Shown: positions 30,711 to 43,095 of the stretch, in pieces
Layout of the letters: each line of letters opens with the position of its first letter
Position numbering within the stretch: the first letter of the stretch is position 1
NCBI RefSeq assembly: GCF_009914755.1
Contig: NC_060925.1
Reading direction: 5' to 3' (one strand)
DNA length: 64,000 bases
From: the human T2T-CHM13v2.0 reference genome, Homo sapiens
Position numbers and translations under genes: made by a program
Notes under the pieces: generated by a model
What the model was told of the DNA's origin: nothing
Seen by the model: only the letters and a program-made list of their open reading frames with translations
Database searches by the model: none

Positions 30711-33169
30711 TGCGGGAGCCATTGTCCTGTGTGGGGCCAGCACACAGCCCTGGATGGAACAGGGTGGGTATTACATAAAGGTTACATGACCAGCTGCCAC
30801 CTCTGGCTTGGGTTCATGGAGGACGTGTGCATGGGGGAGGGCCAGGACCACCCCCGCCACACTGTGCTCCCCTACAAAACATGACGTCTCTGAATCTTAA
30901 CAGGGGGGTCTGCTCCCCACCCCACCCCCGCCTTGGGGAGCCTGGCCCGGCCTGGTACGTCTCTCTGTCTATCCCCTCAGGAGCACAGCCTGGCTTGTGT
31001 CATGGGCCACACAACTCTTCCATTATGCATGAGGGAGACCCAGCGGTGAGCGAGTGAGCAAGCCGGCCGAGGGAGGGGTGAGTGGTTATTAATAAACAAG
31101 TGTATTGTGTGGCGTTCCATTCACGGCACTCTCAGAGGACGTGGTGGGCTTGAGATAATAAAGCCCTGTTTATGCCACGGAGGGCTGGGGAGGTGGCCGA
31201 TGGGGGTGACAAGGAGCAGGGAAGCCAGGAATTATTTTGATTCCACCCAGGGCAGGGCTGCTGTGTTTTCTCTGAGGCCAACTTTCAGGGAAAAGAAGGA
31301 TCTTGCTGGGATTTTGCTCAGGCCTAAGTCTGCCAGCTGGGATGGCCTGGGGCCTAAGAAATGCCTAGCTTCCCTCCCCACCTGTCCCCATGGAGGGAGA
31401 CTGAGAAGACGCTGGATGAACCAGACCATGGCTCCTTCAGGAGAGAGGTAGGATGGTCAACTCTGCCCTCCCTCTTGGCCTCTCATCCTCACCCCATTCC
31501 TCCTGCTTTGGCCTTCAAAGACTCTGAAGCGGTGTGTGCTAGGATTGTGCATACTTTCCCAACAAAGCTAAGACTGTGGTTGTGCACAAGGGCTGCAAGA
31601 ATCTTCCCGGCCCAGGGAGTGGATTGGTTGGGGTTAAGATCTGAAATATGAAGTAGGCAGGCTTGAAGGGGAAAGAGGTGGTGGTACTGGTCTCCTGTCC
31701 TAAATGAGCTGAAATTTTAGGAGGAAGAGAGGCCAAGGACAAGGCTCCAAAGCCCCTGTGTGGGTGGGCAGGGGAGCTTTGATTTGAGGAATGAGGGTGT
31801 CTGGAAAAGTGAGATGCCGGAGAGCATTTTAGAGGAGGGAGACTCAGTGTTGTGCGTCTAATTGTGAAGCCTGTGTTAACTCTGTGGCGTGTCTCTGTCC
31901 TACGTTAGTCTTCTCCTGTTCCCTCGTTTGGCCATTTGCTCTGGGCTCCACCATCTCAAACCAGCTGTCTCCCTCCTGAGTCTTGGCATTTCTGGATCTC
32001 AGGATCTCAGGCCAGGAATGCAGAAGCTGCTGGTTGGGAGGAAGTGAGAATAGTCCCTTTTGCTCTCAGCTGGCTTCTAGGGATGGAGAGCAGTTTCTGG
32101 GTCAGGAGAGCCTTGGTTTCCTGTCACTTCATGCTAAACCAAAACAAGAGTGAAGACAGAGCCCACACAGGCTTATGTCACCTGGTCTGGCTGATGATGT
32201 TCACTTTGACCTTTGGAGGTGGCTTTGGTCCAGAGCTACCCTGAGTTAGGAAACTCTTTCATGTCAAGACAGCTCTGTCTACAGAGATGTGTACTGGTTT
32301 GTTGTTGGTTGGGAGGGAAAAAGGAGGCTGATGGAAGGGACAGTCTGTCTTGTCCTTTGGGTACAGGGCTCCCTGAAGCAGGGGTTTGGATCCAGTGACT
32401 TTAAAGTTTTGTTTGGGTTGAAGATTCAGTGACCGTACTTAACCCAGGAAGGTTCGAGGCTGCATTAGGGCCAGAACAAACTGATGATCCCAGGTTATTG
32501 GAGTATTGCCTCCCTGGCTCAGACCAATTCAACCTTCCCAGAGGCAGTCAGACCTCACCCCAGGACAGAGTGTCAGGAGCATTGCGGAGTGCTCCCTCAA
32601 CCCTATGCACAAAGCAAACGGTACAGTTTTCCCTGAGCATCACGCATCCCAGGCCTGAGTGCCGCAGGGTGATGAGGAGGCTCTACAGAGAATTGCAGCT
32701 CCTTCCTGGACTCTCCTTGGCTCCCACAGGCACTGTGGACACTTGCTTCCCATCTCCCTCCCACGGTCTGAAGGAGCAGTGACTATTTTTAGAAGCATCT
32801 GCATGCTCCTGGGAGCACTGTTTCTGTGGTTTATTGCTGGGCTGAATGCACAGGAGCTGGTGAGACAGCTGGGGCTGGGGAGCGCAGGCTTGTGTGTGGT
32901 CAACTCAACCGCAGTCAGCCGGCTGGGCACCTGGCCTGGAGGAATGACCCAGTGTCCTCCACCAAGCTTTTTGGGGGCTCCTACTGGCTCTGTTGTAACA
33001 TTGTCATTTGCTGTGGGAGGCTTCCTGGAAGATGAGGGCCTTCATCATAGAGTTGGGCAGGCTGAGTCATCCTTGGACAACCCTCTCTCTGAGGCTGATG
33101 TGCTCAGGGTGCAACAGGAGGAATTGGTGAGATGGCCTCCCCCAGTGATGGCAACACCATCAACAACTA

Positions 33170-33365
33170 TAATCACAATGGCTCTTCACTGAGAGCCTTC
33201 TCCATGGTAGGCAGTTCTCTGAGCATTGGATGTTTGTCCTCATATAAACCTTTCAACAACCTATGCTATCTTCATTTTAAAATCAAGGATCCTGAAACCC
33301 AGAGAAGTTAAGCATGTTGCCTGGTGTCACACTGTCGGTGACTGAGCCAGGCCCAAGAACCTGTT
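33170..33365 (-). mobile_element. MIR fragment
   Basis: CCTTTCAACAACCTATG...CCCAGAGAAGTTAAGCATGTTGCCTGGTGTCACAC. Confidence 0.65.
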
Positions 33366-34344
33366 CTTTTAGAGCCCCTATGCTTGGAGTCTCTTGGAGC
33401 TTGCTGCCATGTTGCCTCTCAGTAGAAGACAATAAAGTGGGTTATTTTGGTGTCCATAAGAAGGACTGAGGTCAGATGCAAGGAAATACTTCCTGACAGT
33501 GAGGGGGGCTATGTGAAATGTTCTTCCTTCCAGGCACCTTGCATTTGAAAGGCACCTTGCATTTCAGAGGGGAGCTCTCTTGCAGGCTGGACTCTGGATT
33601 AATGACCACTCAAGACATTTTCTCTCTTGGGATTTTGGCAGCTCTGTTTTCTGGACCCTGGGCCAGCAGTGGTCTGCCATGAAAGATGCTGGACCATGTG
33701 TCAGTAAGAACAGGGAGCAACCAGCCAGCAGCTCTGGGTACACCAAGTACCTGGCTGGGATTTGGAGTCCTAGGAAAAAGCCAGGGAGGCCAGAGAATCC
33801 CCCAGGCTTAGAGAAGAAGCCCGAGAGAGAGAAACCACTCCCGTGGTTTAGTGGACATTTCATTTCTGCCTTTGAGTCAGATGTGCCTGTTCACCCAGAA
33901 AGAAGCCTTTGGCTTCTGCTGGGGCCTCTGTTCCTGGGCCTCCCACCACAGAGCACACAAGGAGCTGGACAGATCCCGGGGAAGGCTTCGTTCTTTACCT
34001 AGGACACAAGCATCTGCGGGTCATGTGTGCTAGGGACAGCTGCTGGGGGCCTTCCATTCTGAGGCAATGAAGAAGCCAGAGAAAAGAGCCCCTCAGTGGG
34101 CTTGGTGAGCCATCTGGATGGGGATGGGGGACTCTTCTTTGCCAACCAGCTGGGCTGCTGTAGCTTTTACTTCCCCTCTGTCACCCTGATCTGTACCATG
34201 GCAGCAGTCTCAGGAGAATGTTCTGGGGGTGGGGTACGGGCTGTGTCTTCTCCCTCCAGGAGCTGCAGTGGGGAGCAGGGCAGCTAACACCCTGCAAGTA
34301 GCATGGCACAGTGGGTGGACAGGTGGGGTTGGAGCCAGACTGCG

Positions 34345-34480
34345 GGGGAACAGTCCCAGTTCAGCCCCTAGCTGGGTGACCTCTGGTTTCATCATCTGTC
34401 AAGTGTGATATTAATAGCACCTGCCTCTTGGATTTTGAGAAGATAAATGAACTAATCCATGAAATCATTAGCACAGGAGT
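34345..34480 (+). mobile_element. MIR fragment
   Basis: TAGCTGGGTGACC...TTTCATCATCTGTCAAGTG...ATAGCACCTGCCTC. Confidence 0.65.
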
Positions 34481-35289
34481 AGGAAGGAGGAGGCTCTCTC
34501 TGTCCAGTCCTATGCAGCCTTTGTTCCCCTTCGTTCCTACCCAGCCGAAATCTTCCTGCGCTGGGGGACAGGCCCATGTTGGAGGTGTCCTCACTGTGTC
34601 TCCTGCCGCTGGGCTTGGCTCAGGTTAAATAACCCATGGTCTCCATGTTGCCTCCTGCTGCCACTCCCTTTTGTCGTAGGAGCCAGTGCAAGACCACATG
34701 CTAAATTCCAGTTCTTCTGCCCCCTGGGCTGCCTTTCGCCCCATTTTGGGTCTCTGGAGGTGAGCATCGTCTTCTGGTGTACGCCAGGCTTCTGACTTCC
34801 TGTTCTTCCTCACAGCTCAGTAGTATCTGGCTGCTTGGGGGCCTGGGAGTGGAATCACGTGGCTTTATTCCACCCGCTCTGCCCTGTGACAGGCTCTCCA
34901 GGGCCCTGCCCCCGGTTCCCATTCCTGCACTTCCAACCCACCATCCTGAATCTACTTCCCTCCACCCTCGGGCCCTGGGTCCTGATGGCATCTGCCCCAG
35001 ATCCTTCCCGCCTCTGCCGGTGCCCTTCTACCCTCCCCACCTAGGCCTGGGGCCTGGTCTGAATGTCATCTTGGTTTATACTTCTCAGGGATTCAAGCAC
35101 ACTTTGCATGCCTAAAGCAAACTTCTCTTGACATTTAAAGGAGGGCCCGGTGATAGAGTCAGCCCCACATTTATAATCACTTCGGAAAAGGAGAGGTAAC
35201 TTTCCACTTTGCTGTAGACTGAATAAGGTCAAAATGAGAGGGGTGGGTGGTGGGGGCAGGTGGCATCATACTTTCTGGCTACCCTCAGT

Positions 35290-35448
35290 CACTGCTCCAT
35301 TCTTTGATATGTCTTTATTTAGTCCCTCAGTAACCTAATGGAGGCAAATACCACAATCCCCATTTTATAGATGGGGAAACACGTTAAGTGACTTGCCTAA
35401 GGTTACACAGCAATTAGGTAGGAAAGTCAAGATTTGAGTGTGGGTCTG
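35290..35448 (-). mobile_element. MIR fragment
   Basis: ATCCCCATTTTATAGATGGGGAAAC...AAGTGACTTGCCTAAGGTTACACAGC. Confidence 0.8.
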
Positions 35449-35450
35449 CT

Positions 35451-35488
<38 letters not shown>
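35451..35488. repeat. (TTG)n trinucleotide repeat, about 12 units
   Basis: Direct reading of the sequence. Confidence 0.97.
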
Positions 35489-35489
<1 letters not shown>

Positions 35490-37197
35490 GAATCATTCAG
35501 CCTCTAGAAGAAAGTGGGTTGGATAAGGTGCTCATATTGATGTAGACACATCTGCATTTTGATTATCCTTAAGCTGGATTTCTGAGTGTGAACAAATCCA
35601 AATCTCCTGTTCACATTGCATCTTCCTCACTCCCCATCCCTTGGCTATGGGCCCTTCTCTCATAAAGAGGCCTGGGAGGCACTGAAGGGAAGATGGGAGA
35701 CCCCAGCCTTCCACTGTTTTCCACTGGTCTAACCTCCAGGTTAGACCAGGAGCCTGGCAACACTACTGAGGCTGTCTGCCTCCCAGAAGTCACATGTGCC
35801 TAAGAGGTGACTATATTTTGCTGGAGGAAGTGGAAAGAAGAACAGAGTAGGGAATCTGGAGGTGCCTGAGTCATACGGGATTAGAAAGTTAAGGTGCTTC
35901 TTTTCCCTAAAAACAGTCTAGGAGGGAACATTCTGCAAAGTGATTGCAGATTGTCGGGAGGCCTCGAGGGCTGGAGAGGTGCAGTCCAATGAGATTGCTT
36001 GGATCTCCAGGCCCGGGTTCTCTTCTGAGTGCTCCCCTGCCCTTTCCCCCCACCACGCCCCTCAGGTCCCCTGCTGTGGGTTCTTTGTAGGAGAAGATGT
36101 AAGTGACATGGTAATGGCCCTAAGCACACACCAGAAGCCAACGGTAGATACCAGCCACCCTGTTCCTCCCCACTCCCACAAATCTCCAACCAAGACAGGA
36201 TGTTATTAACTAGTTTTTGAGGGAACATTTGGAACTCTAACTTCTATCAGACTGAGGAGAGGTCTGATAGGGTCTTTGTTTGACTGACTCTGAAATTCCA
36301 GGGTTGGTGGGGAAAAGTGGAAGGAGGAGGGGTCTGCAACCCTCTTAGACTCAGCCTAGAATTGCCTGGTAATACACAGTCATTTGGGATGTATTGTCTT
36401 CCTTCCTAAGCCTTTAAGATAGGCCTCCTAAATTACTAGTGAGGCATGGGGCGCTCTTGCTTTATTTCTTAGAGATTTTTTGTTTGTTCATTTTTGGTTT
36501 TTTCTCAACTTTGAAAATCAACTGTATCAAGGTATAATTTACACTCAATAAAATGTAGTCATTTTAGAGTACAGATGCGTTTTGACAAATGTATATGCCC
36601 CATGTAACCACCACTCCAATCAAGATGGAGTATATTTCTATTGCCCCCTAAAAATCTCCTCATCCAGTTTACAGTCCACCGCCACCCCACAGCCCCTGCA
36701 TATTTTAAGGATACTTTCAGCTCTAGGGAAAAAAAGATATAAACTAAAGCCAAAATTTTGCCATTATGATATATCTTTCTTTTCTTTCTTTTGTCATTAT
36801 TTTCTTATTTCATCATGGTAAAATATGTACAACATACAATTTACTATTTTAACTATTTTTAAATGTACAGTTTGGTGGCATTAAGTACATTCACTTATTA
36901 TATAACCATCATCACTACACCCATCTTCAAAACCCTTTCATGCTCCCCAACTAGAACTGACCATTAAACACTACCTCCTCATTCTCCCCTCCTTCCAGCC
37001 CCTGGCAACCGCCATTCTACTTTCTCTCTCTTTGAACTTAGCTACGCTAGGAACCTCAATAAGTGGAATCATACAGTATTTGTGCTTTTGTGTCTGGCTT
37101 ATCTCACTTAACATAATGTTGTCAAGGCTCATTATATTGCAGCAAGTATCAGAATTTTATTCCTTTTCCAGGCTGAATAATATTCTATTGTATGTGT

Positions 37198-37368
37198 TGT
37201 CAACTGAAGAATCGTGGGACTCATAAATGTGGAGAGGAGAGCTTTGTTTTTTATAAAGATTTGCAGCAGCTTGTAGGCTCGGAAGCATAGCCTCTGGTAG
37301 AAACCAAAAGCAGGCACTTTGATGGAGGGAAGGGTAGAACAGGAATTTATGCCAAATGAGTTGGCTAA

Positions 37369-37410
<42 letters not shown>

Positions 37411-38050
37411 TTTATATATATATAATATATTTATTTATATATTTATATATATATAATATATTTATTTATATATTTATATATAAATAATATTAAATGTTAA
37501 AATATTAAATAATATATAAATATATATTTAATAGATTATAGGAGGAAATGTGAATATTCACAAAGCAGGGGATGCACACATGCACAGTAAGCAAACATGC
37601 ATGTTACATACATCTCATGTTCACTTTGGAATGGAGACTTAACATTTAAACGCATTAAAATTAGGCTCTGCACACCCAATGGTGAAATGGAAGGCACAGA
37701 GGCATCCTATACACAGCGTCTGTGAAACGGCCAGAACCAGTGCATGGTCAGTGGTCTCCTGTTGGGAAGCCGTGCTGGTCACTTGTATCAAAACTGCAAA
37801 ATGGAACAGGCAGGCAGTTGGTTGAAATCGGGGGTGGATCAAGTCTTTGGAAAGGGTAAGTTTCTATTTAACCTTTAGGAAGGAAACTCTGATAGTAGTT
37901 ACTGAGGTGGGAGGTATAATGAGGTATGTCTGACCTCCCATCCCATCATGGCCTGGAACTCAATTTTTAAGGTTTCTATGGGGGTCCCCTTGGCCAAGAG
38001 GGGTTCCATGCAGTCGATCGGGGGACTTAGGCTTCTGTTTTTATTTATCA
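37198..38050 (-). mobile_element. ERV1 MER4-group solo LTR (MER66-like)
   Basis: TG...CA termini; GGGGTCCCCTTGGCCAAGAGGGG end typical of MER4-group LTRs; interrupts L1MB. Confidence 0.8.
37371..37530. repeat. (TA)n / AT-only tract inside the LTR
   Basis: About 160 bp almost entirely A/T with a perfect (AT)n start. Confidence 0.95.
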
Positions 38051-38719
38051 ATATATACTACATTTTGTTTATCCATTTATCCATTGGTGGACATTTGGGT
38101 TGTTTCCACCTTTTGGCTGTTGTGAGTAACGCTGTCATAAACATTGGTGTGCAAATATCTATTCGGGTCATTATGGTATTTGAGTGCTCAGCAGCATCTC
38201 CTAGCAACTTCTCCTGGTTCAACCTGCCCTCGCACCAGGACCCGGAGTGGAATGCATTTCTGCTCCTCATCTGCTGCCCTGTCTCCTCTGACTTCGTGCC
38301 TGTGGCAAATGATGTTTCAAACACTGCAGCCCTTGATGGGTACTTCCGGACCCAGGCTTCCCAGGCAATAGAGTTTGGAGTTCCTTTCCCCAGAAGCTTT
38401 CTTTTCAGTGTATCTAGGTTTCTCCTGGCCAGCAGCTGACTTCTGGAGTTTGATTCCATTAAGCTTGTTAATGCAAGAATACAACAGAACATCTTTGTTT
38501 CCTCAAGGAAAAAAGACTAAATTTTATCAAACATCTACTAGGTACTGGTTCAAGGTGTCAGCACAGCACTAAAAACTTCACCTTCTTTTATACAGCAGCT
38601 CTGTGAGATAGGGTCAAAATTTGTTTCAAGGGCAAAGAAACTGAGGAGAGTCTCAGAGAGGTTAAGTCACTTGTCCAAGATCACAAAAGCCAACACTCTT
38701 TCTCTACACCAACTAAATA

Positions 38720-38790
38720 TTAGTAAATGCAGTTTTCGCCGTTAAAAAAACATAATGGCAAAAACCGCAATTACTTTTGCACTAACTTAA
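38720..38790. mobile_element. MADE1 (Hsmar1 MITE), left repeat partly deleted
   Basis: AATGGCAAAAACCGCAATTACTTTTGCACTAACTTAA plus TA matches the Hsmar1 terminal inverted repeat. Confidence 0.9.
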
Positions 38791-40661
38791 TAACTCCCTG
38801 GTCTTGTAAATGCAAATGTGCTAGAGAAATTTCCTGGATGTTTTCTTTTACAATGGAAATCAGGCCTGGAGTTCCCCTGATAATTTGGAAAGAAAACCCC
38901 TTGGGCTTTCTTGCCCTAGTTCTGGTAAAATATGGAATTATAATTAAAGTTTTGTTGTGTTTTTCAAAATATACAAAAGTAAAGAGTGTAGTATAATGAA
39001 TCCCCACATACCCATCACTCAGCTTCAGCCATGATCAACACTTGGCCAGTCTTGTTTCATCCAGCGGATTCTTCTCTTTGATCTGCGGGATCCTCCCAAT
39101 TCATGTGGTAGCAGTTGGTGTGTTTTGGAAGAGGGTAGGAGAGTCGGCAGATCTGGGCACCGTGGAGCTAAATCCTTCCCAGCTGGAAGAGTGTTAATTG
39201 CCACCGGTTGAATCCCCTCTGATGGTTCATTATTCATCTGGTTACTGAACACCATCCAGGAGGCAGGGGGACAGATCTTTGGAGAGGCCTGGCCAGAACT
39301 GGTGGGGTGGGTTGCACAGAGGCTTCCCTTTTGAAGAGCAATTTCTTCCTACAGTTTGATTTTTATTGGAGATTCTTCTGAGTGGAAAAAAAGAAGGTTA
39401 TTTGAGGATAACCTTCCCCTTAGGGGAATAGCACTGAGCCAAGCTAATCTGAGGACAGAAGTAGGGACCAACCAGTGCAAAACAAGTCTGTGGCCTCTTC
39501 AACTAGATTTAATGAACATTTTTATTTTGTAAATGAAATTTAAAATATCTGCAGCATGCCAGACACTAGGTGCTTTGAATGCAACTATGACAAGTTGGTT
39601 AATCTACTCTCAAAAAGTTTGTGGGACAAAAAAATAATAGTGAATAACTAACATTTGTTATGTGCCGACGTACTTTATGGAAATGTGTACGTTGTGTCTC
39701 ATATTACTACTCGTCTCCCCCGCAAAACAGTCGTCTGTAGGATAGGGTACAGTGATCTCTGTTTTATAGACAAACCAGGGCTTGGGGGCGCTCACTGAAC
39801 CCACACAGCTAGCAGAGGTGGAACCCATGGACTTTGCTTCTGCTGCTGTCTGTGCAGGGTGAATGTAGGACAGGGAGGACCAAGGGGTGGGAGAGAGGAG
39901 AGATAACGGGAACCATCCCTTAGGCTGCAGAAATGTGGTTATGTAAAAATCTCACCAGATGTGCTTTCTCATAGGATCTGGGGGCAGCCAAATGGTACAT
40001 TTTTCTCTTGACATTATAGAGGACTGTGGGATTTATTTTTATTTTGAAAACAGGGCAGTTCTTTTGGAAATGGGAAGGAGTGAAGACTGGAACTTGAGAA
40101 AGTGTTCTATCCTGAGACTGCAGAAAAGGATGGAGAGAAAGGAATTCAGCTGGGTTTGTTTGTTCTGCTTTTATTTAAAAGAAGATTTAGCATCTTTCAA
40201 GGGAGAAGAGCTGTGGGAATAGAAGGGATAGTATGAGGTATAAAGGGCAATTTCTGATCTGGTTTGACCTTGCTCAGTGATAAGATGGTTTGGGGTTCTC
40301 ATGCTGTGGGCTCTCGGCTGTGGGCACAGCTGGTGGTGCTGGCCCTCTCATTCTGGGGTGAAGTGGCTTGGCAGGCTTATTCTCTGCATGGAGGCCTACC
40401 TTGTGAGTGTGAACACATTTTCTAGAGCCAGAACATTGACTCAGCTAGTTATCTCAGTAGCAGGGGGAGTGCACAATTTATTTTAAAAGAAAACCTGAGA
40501 ACCTCTTTTCTTCTCATCCCAGGAAGCCCCTCATCCCTGTCCATGTTTAAGCCATCACCTACAGGCTTTAGGTTAGACTTAGACAGCTCTACCTGCGTGA
40601 GCTAAGAGGGAGTTGAAACACTGAAGTGAGGCCCAGTATGGCTGAAATCTCTTAGGAATGA

Positions 40662-41023
<362 letters not shown>

Positions 41024-41764
41024 TTGAGTTTTTCACTGTGAGATGGCAAGAGGTTTCATCTGGTTCAGAGGTAGGGGAATGAAACCTCTCAAGTTCCTTC
41101 CAGCTGTGGGATTTGGGGTTTTTGATTTTTTCCTAGTTGACCCCACCCTGAGTTCCCAGGTGTTTCAAAAGCAAAATTTTATGCAGGATCAGCGTCAGAG
41201 AGAACCCAAAAGAAAGTCCTGTCTTTGAATGGATGTATCATGTCCATTTGCACCTTGCTGACTGAGACAGGAGACAGATGAAAGTGGATGAGGACACGTC
41301 TTTCAGGAGTTTCAGGCCTCCCAAGCTAACCAGAGAAATGCCTGTCTCTTTTCAGAATAAGCGAAGAGTGTAGCAGCCCTCCTGCCCTCCCTCCTGGGAC
41401 TGCAACTCACAAATGTCAGTTACTATGGATACGGGCAACTGAGGCTCCCCTGGGGCAGGGGCAGAGGTGGAGGCTGTTTGTGGCAGTGATGCAGGGTAGT
41501 GTCGCTGTGTTCCCCACAATGGTGCCTCAGCATGGCAGGCAGGGACCGGCTTTGCTTGAGCCTCTACCTTGGCCCTAGGGACTGGACCCCAGGTTGACCA
41601 GCAGATGCATCTGTTGAGCCACCCCTGGGGGTGTGTGCCCCTGAAGTAGGCGACACCTGTGCAGAGCCGCTGGGCATTAAGTGGCAGGTAGGGCACAGTT
41701 CAGGTTGGGGAGGCCTCTCTATTGGTGACAGATGCATAGCTCCCTCCTCTTTTTTCTGATTGTA

Positions 41765-41811
41765 TTAAAAGTAATGGCAAAAATTGCAATTACATTTGCA
41801 CCAACCAAATA
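41765..41811. mobile_element. MADE1 half element (single Hsmar1 terminal repeat)
   Basis: AAAAGTAATGGCAAAAATTGCAATTACATTTGCACCAACCAAATA. Confidence 0.85.
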
Positions 41812-42082
41812 GAGCCTGCTAGGCTAATGCTAGTAGTTCCTCTGCTCCCTGGAGCTCATTTCTGGGTTGGAGTCACTATCCAGTTGAGCTTTACTATGAG
41901 TGGGGCCTTGTCCTGAAGACAGAAGGCAGCAGCAGAAGGTAGGGAAGAGCTTCTGGTATGAGACGGGAGACACAAGCCCTGCCGTCAATGAGCTTCAGTC
42001 TGATGGGGGGAACCACGGGTTCCTGAAGAACACGGGATAGTAGACAAAAGACAGAAGGAAAAACCCATCAGTCCCTTGTTTC

Positions 42083-42585
42083 TGACAAAGATTCTTTGCT
42101 TGACAAAGATTCTTTGCTTGACCAAACTTTAGCCAGGTTCCTGAACCTTCCGCTAGGCCTACCTCGGCACTTCCTTATAAAATCCAGTTTTAGCAAGAAC
42201 CCTGCTAAGTCAGTTTGACAAGAACCCCCCACCTTGGATATCTGATCACCCTTGATATCTGACTAGGTTCCTCATCCTCCACCACTCCCCAGGTGATGTC
42301 TGATCACCCTGGCCTGTTTGCAGCAGGAATCCTGTTCGGTCTGTTTAGCCAGAATCCCCCTTACTCCTGATGTTTCCTCTTAGTAATTTTCCATCCACCA
42401 ACCCCCACCCTGCTTCTTGGCTATAAATTCCCACTCACCCACGCTGTATTCAGAGTTGAGCCCAATCTCTCTCCCCGACTGAAAGACCCTATTGCAGTGC
42501 TCCCTGCACCTATCTGGATGGTCCTGAATAAAGTCTGCCTTACCACGCTTTAACAAGTGGTATTGGATAATTTTTTTCTTTAACA
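42083..42585 (+). mobile_element. ERV1 solo LTR (MER31-like)
   Basis: TG...CA termini, perfect 4-bp TSD TTTC, CTATAAA at 42421-42427, AATAAA at 42527-42532. Confidence 0.88.
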
Positions 42586-42619
42586 TTTCAACCCACCCCA
42601 ACCCCTGGCCATGCCTTCC

Positions 42620-43095
42620 TTCATGCTTCCCCTAAAGTCAGGCTCATCTCCATGGTATACAAGGCACTGCATGATCTGGCCCTCCCTACCCTGCCCCACA
42701 GTTCCCCCTGCTCTGCCGGGCTGTCTTTAGGCTTTTCCTCAATGTTCCAGCCAGCTCTAGCCTTGGGGCCTTTCCTTTTTCTTCCCTCTGCCTTAAGCTA
42801 TTCCCCCCCTCACCTCCCAGTTCGCTCCTTTATTTTATTTAAGTCTCTCTTTGATATCACTTCCTGACCACCCTATGTAAAATCTGCCCTTTCTTTCCCC
42901 ACTGTGTATTTCTTCATAGCACTTCCCCACTACCTGCACTTACGTCTCTGTTTATTGTTTCATGGCCCGTCTCCCCCACTGGAAGGTAGGCTCTGTGAGT
43001 GCTGGGACAATGTCTTGTTTACCCCTGAATCCCATTGCCAAGAGCATTGCCTGGCACCTGTGAGGCCCTCGGTAAATATTTGATGAATAAGTGAA
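42620..43095 (+). mobile_element. L2 3' end
   Basis: TCCCCCACTGGAAGGTAGGCTCTGTGAG...TGCCTGGCAC...AAATATTTGATGAATAAGTGAA. Confidence 0.85.

Larger units (their letters stand above)
36500..38170 (-). mobile_element. Old L1 3' fragments (about 36500-36700; L1MB 36800-37197 and 38051-38170) hosting an LTR
   Basis: L1MB 3' UTR motifs; DICTPMFMTALLTTAKRWKQPKCP is an ORF2 C-terminus. Confidence 0.85.

Noticed and set aside
32659-33192. 177-aa ORF with a signal-peptide-like stretch (MLLGALFLWFIAGLNAQ)
   Set aside because: No family similarity that I recognise, and it ends in a MIR; probably chance.
33532-33564. Direct repeat AGGCACCTTGCATTT twice; similar short duplications at about 56871-56900 and 59285-59306
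   Set aside because: Ordinary local slippage duplications; two copies only, not an array.
36244-36270. Hairpin CTATCAGAC-N9-GTCTGATAG
   Set aside because: A single 9-bp stem is plausible by chance in 64 kb, and it has no miRNA or snoRNA features.
37948-38492. Opposing 163-aa and 144-aa ORFs
   Set aside because: Chimeras of LTR end, L1 ORF2 C-terminal remnant and unique DNA; not a gene.
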